Below, one piece after another: positions 33,672 through 46,499 of a stretch of 64,000 bases of DNA. The DNA is from Chrysomallon squamiferum. Taxonomy: Eukaryota > Animalia > Mollusca. The notes beneath the pieces were generated by a model. The model saw nothing but the letters and a program-made list of their open reading frames with translations, was not told the origin of the DNA and did not search any database. Numbering within the stretch: position 1 is the stretch's first letter; each line of letters begins with the position of its first letter. The stretch spans positions 22,940,001 to 23,004,000 of the forward strand of contig CM022672.1 in the NCBI GenBank assembly GCA_012295275.1, read 5' to 3'. The position numbers and the translations under genes are program-made.

Positions 33672-35027
33672 TAAGATTGTTTCAGTTAGATATTTTATAT
33701 TAAATAAAAGTATATAAACTTGATCAATGAATTTTACGTGAAAATGTAGTTTTCCGTTGTCATGCAGTTAAATCAAGTCTTCCATAAACGAGATTATATA
33801 CTTCAGATTGTGAATATTTAATTAAATTAACGATTGTACAGTTTTACATTTTATTTCAATTTTATTTCATTATTATGTTAATAGATTTAGTTGCTCAAGT
33901 GGTATTGTAAATGAAAAAATAGACAACAACAACAACAACCATAATAATAAATAAATAAAGAAATAAACTATTATAAAGAAATGGAAAAAAAAAAAAAAAA
34001 AAAAAAAAAAGATCAAAACCGACAAAAACAAAACAAAACGAAACAAGCCAACTGATCAGTATTAACTGAAATGAATTCATATTTTGTATTTTAATATCAT
34101 TACTTGACAGGATCTCAGCAGGTTTTTTTTTTTTTTTTAAATTATTGTATTTAGTAACAAGATTCAGACATAACAAAAATGCAGGCCAGACTGAGGTGCT
34201 TACGTCACCGAGAGGTTTATGCCGTGGAGAGTCGGCACACCTTTTAACTAATATATTTGTAGGGAAAACCCAAACGGTGGCCATCAAGTGGAGTTGGATA
34301 TGGAACCTGTTTGGCTGAATAGTTATATAAATTACTTAATACTGTTCATGGTTGGGATCGTTAGTGTGCAAAACTTCTAATGAAATGATTTTATACTTAG
34401 GAAAATCCTATAAGTTGCATTAGTATATAATATGTGAAATAAATTATTTCACATTATAGTTATTTAGGAGGTCACTATTTGCAATTACGTTGTTCTATCA
34501 CTTAATGACGAAAAAAAAAAAAAAAAGAATAGAATAGAATATATAAATCTACAAATAACATAAAAAACAGCAACAACATAAAATCAAAGTTGCTGTTGTG
34601 TTATTGGCATCAAATAACGTAGTCCTTAATAACTGAGTGAAATCAAAAACATCTCACTAACTCTTAGAATTCATTTGCATTAGTAATTACAAAGTTTAGC
34701 AATGGGACCTGTAGAGTTAGGTCATAAAGTCTATAATTAATTTATTTAGATGATTGCTTTTAATCTAATGTATGGGATTTAGTTTCAGGATCGTGTCTCA
34801 TTAGAGCTTTTACAAGAAGAAGAAGAAAAGAAAAGAAAAAAATGCATTGCTTTTATATAATGACCTGTATCACATTTCTGGGTTGGATATTTTTAGAATA
34901 GATTATTTCTTTTAAAGTTCTTGATTATAATATTACAAAGTTCCAGATTATGATATTTTAAAGTTCAAAATTACAATATTTTATAATATTCAAAGTTAAA
35001 ATTGTTGATGCTAATCATTTCAGGATC

Positions 35028-36757
35028 ATGTCTGAGCAGAGTTTTGTGAAGAAGGAGTACACAGAAGAACAAAATCAAGCATGGACCATTGAAAGTATGC
35101 AGCCTCTCTTTGAAAGTTACATTAGGCCACAGGATCTACTTCCTCACATGCCATCACTTGATGGTGAGTTATGAAATAATTTTGTTGTCAACAATGTGTT
35201 GTTTGGTAATACTGAATTTTGTTTTTAATTTTTTTTACCAGTGGTCCATTAGTAAGATTACTTATACTGAATCAATCAGTAACATTATTAAGAATATTTT
35301 ATTCTGAAATTATGGAAATAAGATTTCAAAAAAACATTAAAAAAAAAATATATATAGTTTATACTAGTATTTTGGATAAGAAAAATATTTTGAAGTCATG
35401 ATAAAAATATTTTTCCATCCAAATAATCTGTTGTGAAGAATGCATATCAGAGATACACCTTTTGACAAATTGCAAAGGAGTTCTAAATGGATGTATCTGA
35501 TATTAAAATATATAACAGTGTCTGACTTAATTTGGATAAACTTCTAAACCAGTGTTTGGAATTTAGCTTATTTTAAAGTCAAAATCTATAAATATATATG
35601 CTTGAATTATGAATAGTAACAGTGATTTTTTTTTTTTTGTCAGCTGTTTTTAAGGAAACTATAACATATTTAGCAGAGCATGGTTCGAGAAAGGATGCAG
35701 TGAGTGAGATGATTCGTGAAGTTTTAAAGTCTGATTTTGTTAGAAGAGAATTTATTGCAGCTTTACGAAAAGAAGGTAAATAAACCTTATTGCAATTCTA
35801 TCTAATTAGATGTAACAGAGGCCACGATATGTGCTTTTCTATATATGGGAATTTAACCAGATTAAGAATTTTTTTTTTTTGAATTTCAGTACTATGTCAC
35901 CAGAGTTGTCACTGATGCAAACAAATTTAATCGCATAACTGGTAGAAGTGTTGCTAATGTTCTTCTTTGATCATGTTTGCTTTTGAAGAGATTGTAATCA
36001 CAATCTTACTAACTTCTGACTAGTCTGTATTAGTTTGATCACTTACCAACAGCACAACCAGTCTAAAATCAAAACGTTAACTAATAACTAATATACAATT
36101 TGTTTTCATTTAAAGAAAACATCATCCAACATACATGGGACGCAGTTCAGCTTTTTAACTTGCAGTTAAATTATTTTAATTATAGAAATGGACTCAAGCT
36201 TTGGGCACAAAACCTTATAAAGGATAGGACTAGTGAATATTTGTTTTTCAAAAATAACTTTGAAAACAACAACCCATAAAAACAAGACAAAAACAGTTCT
36301 AAATGTCATTAATGTTTCCAACTATTGACATATAAATATTCATTCATTTAAAACTATTTTTATTTCAATAGGCTGCAAACGCTTTTTGGATATTATCGAT
36401 GATAAAGCACCATCTTCAGGTCAAGTTATCAATGAGGCATATGAGGTGATACTGAAGTATCTTGAAGGAGACCTTCAGTACAAAATTGTTCCTTCTCAGA
36501 TAATCGTTTATATGAGAGATTACTTATCAGATTCAGAATACCAGATGGTTCTTGCAAGAGAAGAACGAGAAGGACCAATTGTTAGCTTCAGAATGTTTTT
36601 TGTATTTATTCAGAGGAAGCAAAGTGACTGGCCACTGGCATTTTTAAAAGCTCTTTACAAACACAATGAACGCAGTGGTCCCATGATTATAGAAAAATTG
36701 GGAGATGAAGTCCTCAGAGGTAAGCTATTATGATTTTTTAATGTATGATGAAAACAG

Positions 36758-36788
<31 letters not shown>

Positions 36789-37151
36789 AATAATAATATA
36801 ACAATAATTATAATATTTAAACAAATATTAAAGAGGTATATTCTAATTGTAAATAACTGTTAGAATTCTTGACAAATTATACACAATTTTTTCTCACAGT
36901 TAAATTATATAAGATTTTAAAAATTAACAAAATAATTTTTGACTCCAGACTGTTAAGTAATTTATGATATTCAAGTTGAAAATAAAAAATTAAACAAAAT
37001 TAAGATTTTTAAGTTACATATTTTGACATTTATTTTATCTTTATCTTACAGAACGTTTAGGATTGAATGAATGTGAAAATGAAGGTATTTATTAATATTA
37101 AAATGTTGGTTATATCAAATAATAAGAAGCTTAGAAACTGCTCTATTTTCA

Positions 37152-37244
<93 letters not shown>

Positions 37245-40200
37245 TGTGTGTGTGTGTGTGTTAAAAGCTAGGATGTCAGAACATTCATATAATAGATTCT
37301 TTGTTACTAAATATATAAAATATTCTTTCTGGAAAATAATGGTGAATGTTTGTGGTATATAATAATAATGTTTTTACCTTCTAGATGTTCCTGAATCTTT
37401 GCCACAAGACAGTGAACTTCCTTCTAGTGATGATCAGAGGAACATGCAGCCATCAGACAATGACCAGACAGACGTGAAAGGTCAGTAAATGAACTGTTTT
37501 TGAAAATTTTTGTCATGGTGCTATTACTAGGGATCTTCTTTAGGCAGGAAAACCACTCACTGCAGCCTATGATGAGTTTAGTATGAGGCATTGTTAAAGC
37601 CAAAAATAAGGACTTCACAGATGAATGATCCTGCATATAATTATTAAATTTACAACCATAATTTTTATTTAAGTAAAGGAAACACTTAACCATAACTGTA
37701 ATATAATAAATAAAGTTACACAGGTTATCAGAATTATTGACTTGGCAATATTATTAAGATTTATGACAATGCTTTACATTGGCTGTCTGAATTAAGATCA
37801 GTTATATGTGTGTTACAGAAGTCGTCCGCAGTGATGAACGTTGTGCACAAAGAATAGTTGGAAACATGGAGATTGTTGAAGAAGGAAACATCAGTTCAGA
37901 TGTGGATTTTTCAGATGATGAGAAATACGATACCGAAGGTTCTTATCTTTATAAAAATATTAATATATTACAAAATAAAAGCAATCTCCGTTTTTTAATG
38001 CTGTTCCATTCTTGTTTAAAAAAAAAAAAGAAGATTATTTCCAGTTGAAAATCATTGCAAACATTTTTGCAAAGCAAGAATACTACAGGCAAGAAATGTA
38101 AGTTGACATATTCTGTTAAAGACCCTTGCTATTCCAATGAAATGATTTTTGAATATGTTGTTCATACAGCATTCAAATTATATAATGGATTTTCAGTTCA
38201 CTTTTAGAAATAATTTTATTCTGATTATCTTTTGCTGTGTTTATTATTATTTGTAACAATAGAGAGTGGTGAAAAAAATTAAAAACACTACCACAAATGA
38301 ATATTTTTTTAACTGAGAGTAAATATTCCTTTAAATTTGAATCTTCGGCTATTAATTTTTTTTTTTTTAAAGTCTGTTATTATCATAATAATTATATTGT
38401 ATTTACTACACCTTAATTACAGATGATAGCATATAATACTGAGTACAGGAATCTGTAATCAAAGCCATTGTTGTATATTATCAACAGAGCCTTATCTGAA
38501 ATGAACTGTTCATGATGGAAAATGTTTAAGGATTATTTTTTAAGAAAATAAAAACGTAGTGTGTTTGATTTTCAATCAGATAAAGAAAAATCTGAGTATG
38601 AAGAACTCGGAGTTGAAGAACTTCAGATGAGGAGGTATCAGTTGGAACTTGCAGATAAAGCTATTGAGGGCCAGAACACAATCATTTGTGCCCCGACAGG
38701 TTCTGGAAAAACCAGAGTGGCTGTCTACATTATCAAGCACCACCTAGAAAACAGACCAGCAGGTACTATCTTTTATCTGATAAAACTCTGACCAAAAGAG
38801 TTACAACTAAGTTGGCCTATTCTGTTAAAGTCTCTTGCTAGTCCAGTGAAATTATTTTTGAATATGCTGTTTCTACATTATTCAAATTTTGTAATGGAGT
38901 TTCAGATACAGAGTTCATTTTTAGAAATAATTTTATTTTGATTATCTTTTTCTGATTTCACTAAAAATAGTTACTTCATTACTTTCAGAATAATGTCAAA
39001 TATTGTGAAATAATGACTTGGAGATTTTTAAAATGTTTTATTTTTAATTTATTGATCACAAAGATTTTTATTATTATTTTTTTTTTTTACATATTTTATG
39101 TGTATAATATGAGGAATGTAACTCAGTTTAGAATGTCAAATTATTTATGTTGTGTAGCACTGCAGAAAAGATGGTCTTAGAATTTAGAAATAAGATACAA
39201 TTATTTGAAGAAAAACTTGGAGACCACTGACTCACAAACAGTTCATCAATCTGTCCTTATAACTTACTTTATCAGTTTGTTTTTTTTCTTTTAAATTATT
39301 GTTATTATTATTTTAAAATTTGTTTTGTTGTTGTTATTATTACAGATAAAAGGAAAGTTATCTTTTTGGCAAAAACTGTTCCGCTTGTAACACAGCAGCA
39401 CAGAGCATTTGAAAGACACCTTTCTGATAAGTACAAGGTAGATATATATTTTTATCACTGATAATGTGATAACAAATATAAGTGTTGTATTTGCAATGTG
39501 AAGACAGCATTTTAATAAAAACAAAATATGATTAACTGTAAAACTTCAGTTTTTCCTTTATGTGTTAAACGTGTTTAATAAAGCATCTGGCTAAAGCAAG
39601 AAATAGCCAGATAAGAGAACCAAGAAGAATTGGTTGTTGTTTTATTATCAGATTGATAGGAAAACAGCAGTTCACACTGACCTGATGTTATTTATCTTTT
39701 GCTAGTGAAATATAACAAGTACTTAAATTAAGGTATTATAGAAATTATGTAAGGAAATTTTTGTATGAAAACTAACAAAGAAGAACAGCATCCTAATTCA
39801 TAAAAGTTTTCTGAACTAGTTCTTTGCTGGATGGTGGTATGGTTCATGTCCTACAGAGTATTAGTAGTAAATATTTGTATCTAGCTTTAGCACATGTAAA
39901 GACTGGAATATAGCAACCAACTTAATGTTTCCATGTGACAGTTTGAACAGTAACTAAAACTTGAGAGTAGTTTAGTGACGAATTAGGTTCAGTAAAGTTT
40001 AAGATATCTGGTATATTACACTGATAAAGGGTTTTTTTATTGTAATTTTAAAAATAGTTTGTTTTTCATTCCAGATCATGGCAATGACAGGGGAAAGTGA
40101 AGAGAGTGCCCATCTTCATAATCTGATGGGGCACTATGACATCATTGTGATAACACCACAGATTCTGGAGAACCACTTGAAGTTGGGGAAAATCAAGTCA

Positions 40201-43200
40201 CTCTCTGAATTCAGTCTAATGGTATTTGATGAATGTCATCACACTCGAAAAGGTGAACCCTACAACAGACTCATGTACAGATACATCAAGGCAAAACTCA
40301 GAGAAAAACAACGACAGTTACCACAGGTTAGTTCTCAACAGTTTAGTAAATGTCGAGCCATGTTTGCTGATAATTACATCACAAACTGTAACATAAACAG
40401 GGTGATGTGGTGTTAGTGAAAATAATAAGCAGACATCCTTTTAGAAATAGTATTAACATAAACGTAACTTTTCTTTTCAGTACAGATTTGACAGATTGAT
40501 CTGTTATTGGTTGTGTAAACTGTTACTGACAATTAGTACAAAATGAAACATCCTCTATTTAATTAATACTCATACAAAATCTAGTCTTATATTTATTGTC
40601 TACTCTGTCGCAGCGCTCACATTCAGTTGGTATGGAGGTAAATATTATTATTACCATTAGGCATGTGAGAGATGTGTGGAAAAATAGATAGCTGAACTTT
40701 TGATATTACCAGTTTACCATTATGAACTGGAGTAATCTTCATGATTTTTGTTGAAAACAGTACAAACAGTAATATGTACTTGAAATAATCAGTTGTTTTT
40801 ATTTAGAATGACTGCTTCAAATGATTTAATCTTCATCCTGAGAAACAGTCTGTAAAACTGAAAAGTAATACAGATTTTATTATTTTTGCAGATAATTGGA
40901 TTGACTGCATCCCTTGGTGTGGAAAAAGCTTCAACTGAGCAAGAAGCTAAGAAGAGTATTTTGGGATTGTGTGCGAACATGGATGCAGACTATATATCCA
41001 CTGTTGAGATAAACAAAGATGAACTTACGAAAATGGTTCCCGTTCCAGAAGAAAGTAAGATTTTATTTATTTAAAACAAAAATTTTCCAGTATTTTTCTA
41101 ATATGTAAATGCCTGAAAACAAGAATGTAATAAGATGTTTAAACAATTTTTTAATTTTTTTAAATTAAATCAGTATGTTTTTTTAATATCAAAAATCTGA
41201 ACAAAATGTATCATTTAAAACTTAAAATGGTTTAAAGTTTGAAATCTAATGTTACAAAAACATAATTTTGGGATTCTGTGCAAATATTTACGTACAGAAA
41301 ATTTCACAGTTAATTTAAAACATTAATGACACATAATTTTAATATGAAAAATGTGATTTCTTTAATTGATTACAATTAATGATCATCATTATTATTTAAT
41401 GGGTGGAGGTTTGTGTTACTGGTTTAAGGTGGAATGAACCATCATGATTTTAGTTTGTATTTTTATTGAATATTATTTCTGATGGTTGCAAATAAAGTTC
41501 AAAACAAGTACTGAATACCAACTGCCTTGATATTACAGAAGCTGTGCCGCTGCTTGAAAAACGGAATGATCCTGGAAGAAAGGCAATGGAAGATATTATG
41601 AGGAAAATCGAGGAAATGCTAATTGATGTTTCTGGTAATCACTGAAAACAAAACTGCATGTGTGTGTGTGTGTGTCTCTGTGAAGAGTTCAGAGACAAAA
41701 CCAGAAATCTTTTTTTTTTTTTTTTTTTTACTCTTATAGCATGTTATATAAATTATTCTCAAGAAGATAATAAATAAACAAACATGAGTTTACATTATTC
41801 TGCAACAACCATCTGGGTTCATGTAAAATCTGCACACAGAAGTGTAACAAGACAAAAATTAATGTAAAATCAACAGAAATTTCAGTGTAATATACATCTG
41901 TTAATTATCAAACACAGTAATTAGAATGAAAAAGGGTCATAGACTTCATTGGGTCGCAAACAGTTTCTTTTGGCAACAAAGGACATAGTGAAATTACAAT
42001 ACACACGTAGCATATTTTTTTTTTTTTTTTTTTTTTTTTTGAGACTTGCATGATCCAGTAATTGACAAACTCTTGATGTCCAGACCAAATGACAGGAATT
42101 GTCAAGCCTATGGTCAGTGGGCTGTCCAGCTGAAAAAAGCAGCTAGACTTGCAGAAACAGAAGGCAGATACAGCGATGAGGATCCTAACCCTGAAAAAGC
42201 AAAACAGGCTCGGATAATGATTGGTCTTGCAGAGCATTTAATTGTAAGTAATTATTAATCTTCAACTTATTCAAAATCACATTCTAATGGTATGGTATAT
42301 GTGTGTTTGTTTTTTTAATAATTTGTTTTTATTTTATCAAACCTTCACTCTTTTACAAAGGAATATATATTTTTTGTCTGGTCCAACATAAAGGGATTTA
42401 ATTTAAAATAAAAGAAAAGAAAATCACAATGTTAATAAAATAGCACAAATCAAGAATTCTATGAACAGATGAAATATTCATTATGTATTCTGTAGGATAT
42501 GGCATTTTGTTTCATATCCTATTCACTTTTGTAACATGTGTATTGTGAAGAATAAACTAATATACATATATATTTTACATAGTATTAAAACAACTCAGAA
42601 AGGTCTAATCTACTTGTGTCAGTTGGCAAATGCTATGATTCTTAACTTTAAGTTATTTTACTTAATAATGTGTTATAACAGATTGTTGCAAAATATATCT
42701 TGAACAAACTCCATGGGTTTTGTATTACAGATTTACAATGAAGCTCTGGACATTCATGATATAGTTCACATTCGAGATGTGTTGGCTTATTTGTCAAAGA
42801 AATTTCACAGCTGTAAGGACTATATTCATTTGTCCCAGGAAAATGAAATTTTGCAAATGTTCTCAGGTAAAATTACTTCATAAAGCAAACAATATTTACA
42901 GTTGGCTTTTATTAACCAGTACCTTTGCAGTGTTATATTCAGAATCAAAACATAACATTTCAGAGTTTGATAATTAAGATAATTGCTGCTTTAAAAATAC
43001 TTACCATAACAAATTCTATTTCAGATTTGAGAAAAAAACTGATGAAATTGCAGCAGCACGAAGGAAACAAGAATCCAAATTTGAGTCTCTTGGCAGATAC
43101 TTTGACATCATTGCTTGTAGGGAAAGATGATGATGCCAGAGGAATTATTTTTGTTCGGACTCGTGCTACATGCAAGGCTCTTGCAGAATGGTTTAGCTCT

Positions 43201-45682
43201 GATGAAGTGAGTGATGTGTTGAAGGACTTAAAGGCTACAGCCTTCACAGGAGCAAGAGCTCACGAAGAAGAAGGAGGTAATTCTGATCAGGATCATTTGA
43301 CGAATAATGAATAATTTCACGAGCAAATACTAACATTGTATGTGTTACCACTGAAGTTACATGATATGAGAACCTGTCAAAGCCAGCCCCAGAGTTAACT
43401 GTAATATTGGCTTCCATTACACACAATTAAAGGAAATGTAAAATTATTTAATTATTGTGGTAGATATAACTGTCATGGTAAAATTTAATTTCATGACATG
43501 GATACAAACCACCTATTCAAAAGACCAACAACAACAAAAAGCATGGATCAGTTCACATGGATTTGCAAGTGCAAATGTACTTAATTAATCTGCAAAATAC
43601 AAAAACAATAAACCATATATTTATTTAAATGAAGCAGCTGCTTGTATGCTTTTTAAAAAACAAAAACACACAAAAATACCGCAACTTTTTGTCATTGTTT
43701 CCTGATTGTACTTTTTTTCCCCTTTATCTTGTTTGATCTTAGTTATTGCAAAAAGTCTCAAATCTTTTTATACTTGAAAAATACATCTAATAATAATATT
43801 TTACTGATGTGCATTACAACTGTTTGTACACAAACACTTAAATTACTCTTTTTCAGGCATGACACAGAACGACCAAGAAATTGTCATTGCTAAATTTAAA
43901 GAAGGAGAAATTAAACTCCTTATAGCAACATCAGTGGCAGAGGAAGGACTTGACATCCCTGAATGTAACATTATTCTGAGGTACAACCATGTTGGCAATG
44001 AAATCTCAACAATACAAACAAGAGGTAAATACAGATGTACAGCTTTATTTTTTGTGTTCATTGGCCAGATGTCTCTCAGTTGTCTTTATTTCCATGCTTG
44101 TAAACTCTGGGGGTTTTTGTCAGAAAAAGGATCATAGAGCAATGACCTGCTCTGACCATTATGCTATGTTTTGTTTATCAAAAGTAGAGGCATATGTTTT
44201 TCTGTGAAAAGACAATCCTTTGGTGCTGATCTGTATGAGTGGGCCCTGGGTTTTCTTTGCAGTTTTCTGCAATGTCCTCAACCATGTGTATGAAGTCACA
44301 TAACCACAGATACATCACTAAAATAAAACTTTTCCTTCCTTTCTTTTCCTGTATTAGATGAGTTTTTGGATACAAACCAGATCTATTACAGCTGTTAAAT
44401 TCATCTTACTACTCTTCTGGTATATTCTGCATGTCTTATATCAGCTGTCTCAAACAATGGTCGGTTATCTCTGAAACTTCAAAAGATACATTTTAAAAAT
44501 AATATATCCGGATTTAAAGTAGGTGGGTTGTACCTCAGTAGCTGATGCATTTGGTAACACGGTAACAAGGTTAACCAGTTTGACCCGTAATGAGCATTAA
44601 TGCTAAAATTTATTGAAATGCTAATTAAATTTATATTTATTAATTCCATTTCCAAGTTTTACTTTTGTAACAGATAGTGGTTGTTACTGAAAAATTCAGT
44701 AAAACTGTATCTTCAAGTGGTGAAATTTAAAATTTGTTTATGGCTTACTGCATTAATTATAGAATGTAGTAAAATCAGTAATGGCAGTGTAGATAATTAC
44801 CTTTTCTGCAACATTTCTTTTAGATGTAGTGATTATCTGCCTTGAAAAGAAAAACAACCACTAATGAACAATATTTTCTAAACATTTGTAGGAAGAAGTC
44901 GTAAAGCAGGTGGAACAACAGTTATCTTGGGAAATAACAAAATCCTGAACAAGGAGAAGCTAAACATGGCACGAATCATTATGATGGAAAAAGCTGTCCT
45001 TGCTGTCAAAAGAATGGACAGTAGAATATACAGAGAAAAGATTCTGTCTCTGCAGCAGGAAGCACTGATGAAAGAAGACATAGAGCAAGAAGTGAAGCGG
45101 TCACTGATCACTAGAAAAACAGATGGTGAATTCACACTGATTTGTGGACGTTGCAAAGAACACTGCATCACCAGCTCTGATCTGCGGACAATTCATCAGA
45201 CTCATTATATTGTGATTGGAGATGACTTCAGTGGAAAGTGTCAGATCATTCGTGACAAGAAGCAGAAAAAAGCTTTTGATGAAATTCAGATTACTGGCAA
45301 AATCAGATGCAATAACTGCCATAACCTGTGGGGAGTGATGTTCCTTTATAAGCACATGTCCTTACCATCCCTAGGCATCAAGTATTTTACTCTAATTCAT
45401 GCAGATGGCAGTCAGAGTATATATAAAAAATGGAAAAATGTTCCATACAGCATTGCTGAAAGTGGGCTTGAAGATTTTAAAAGAGTTCTGAAACAGAGAA
45501 CTGGTGGAGGAATGTCATTACAAGTTGAAGATGGATCAGGACCACAAGCTGAGGGTGGATCAGAACCAAATGCTGAGGGTGGATCTGAACCAAAAGCTGA
45601 GGGTGGATCAGAACCAAAAGCTGAGGGTGGATCTTTGCTGAAAGAGGAGGATGGATCAGGACAACAAGAGAAGTATGAATGA
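35028..45682 (+). CDS. DDX58: RIG-I-like receptor (tandem CARD-like N-terminus, DExD/H helicase, Zn-binding CTD), about 1065 aa, 16 coding exons
   Basis: Exons: 35028-35163, 35644-35775, 36372-36719, 37052-37084, 37385-37480, 37819-37938, 38580-38762, 39346-39437, 40075-40326, 40892-41054, 41539-41634, 42044-42243, 42731-42866, 43025-43276, 43857-44024, 44892-45682; 3198 nt, open throughout. Motifs: Q (MRRYQLELA), I (APTGSGKT), Ia (KTVPLVTQQ), Ic (TPQIL), II (DECHH), III (GLTAS), YNEAL, IV (GIIFVRTR), V ([15 protein letters not shown]), VI (QTRGRSR), CTD CGRC...CNNC, WG, YKKWK. RIG-I versus MDA5 orthology is not resolved, so the symbol is nominal. Confidence 0.93.
37156..37261. repeat. Compound (GA)n(GT)n microsatellite in an RLR intron
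   Basis: Direct reading. Confidence 0.95.
38100..38950. repeat. Pair of about 135-bp diverged direct repeats flanking RLR exon 7
   Basis: About 38100-38232 and 38810-38950 share 'aagttg.c.tattctgttaaag..cttgcta.tcca.tgaaat.atttttgaatatg.tgtt...attcaaatt...taatgga.tttcag...ttttagaaataattttatt.tgattatctttt'. Confidence 0.85.
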
Positions 45683-45706
45683 TGACAACAAGTGAAGTAT
45701 GAATAT
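45527..45706 (+). repeat. 24-bp coding tandem repeat (EGGSEPKA-type) at the RLR C-terminus, continuing past the stop
   Basis: [48 protein letters not shown] at 45527-45670. 45659-45682 is re-duplicated at 45683-45706. Confidence 0.9.
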
Positions 45707-46499
45707 GCAGATAACCACTGCAGATAAATACAGCAACTGAAAGACAGAAGTTTTATATGGTCACTGAATCGCAATTTTTGGTTTTTGAAAATATAGACAT
45801 AAAACAGAACATGCATGTAATTTCATTTAGATACATGAAATAAATCCATATTCAAATGGATATTAAACCAGAAGGAATTAGTTTGAAATAACTGTGTTAA
45901 TTTTTATACTTAATATATTTTTAACTGTATTTTTCTTTTTCAGTGACTTTTTTATTATTATTTTTTATTTTTTCACTAAACATTGTTTTATAGTCTTACA
46001 TATTCCTGTCATTCACCCTGAATGTCTTTGCTGTCCTGGTGTCTGTCATGTCTTTTTAACCTTAAAATTTATACAAGTAAAAAAGTTTTAAATGCAAAGT
46101 TGTATCAAAGTTTGTTTCAGACAGCAGAACCTACAGAAACTGGGAACTGTGTTTTACATGTGATATCTCCCATTTCATACTCAGTAGTTTGAAACTGAGT
46201 TCAGATGAGTATATCTGAATCAAGTAAATTGTATGAAGTATGATAATGATACTGATATAGGAATATCCAATACAATAGGGTTTAGAATGTTTCTAAATTT
46301 AATATATTACATTGTCTTTCAAGCCAGTCTATATTTAACTGTAATTGTTTTAGGGTTTGGTTTGTTCTTATGTTATTTAATTTATATATATATATATATA
46401 TAGATGGATAGATATTTTATTTTCCAAATGTATATGTTACTAATGCAGTTTTATGTAATGTTTTATTTATATCTAAATTATTGCTTATTTTAATACAGC

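Noticed and set aside
37067-37264. ORF with an ERERER tract
   Set aside because: Translation of a (GA)n(GT)n microsatellite.
45680-45685. TGA-TGA as selenocysteine or readthrough codons
   Set aside because: Explained by the 24-bp duplication; no SECIS-like structure noticed and no redox motif context.
45412-45816. Antisense 134-aa ORF with SDPPSAFG repeats
   Set aside because: Mirror of the RLR's 24-bp coding repeat.
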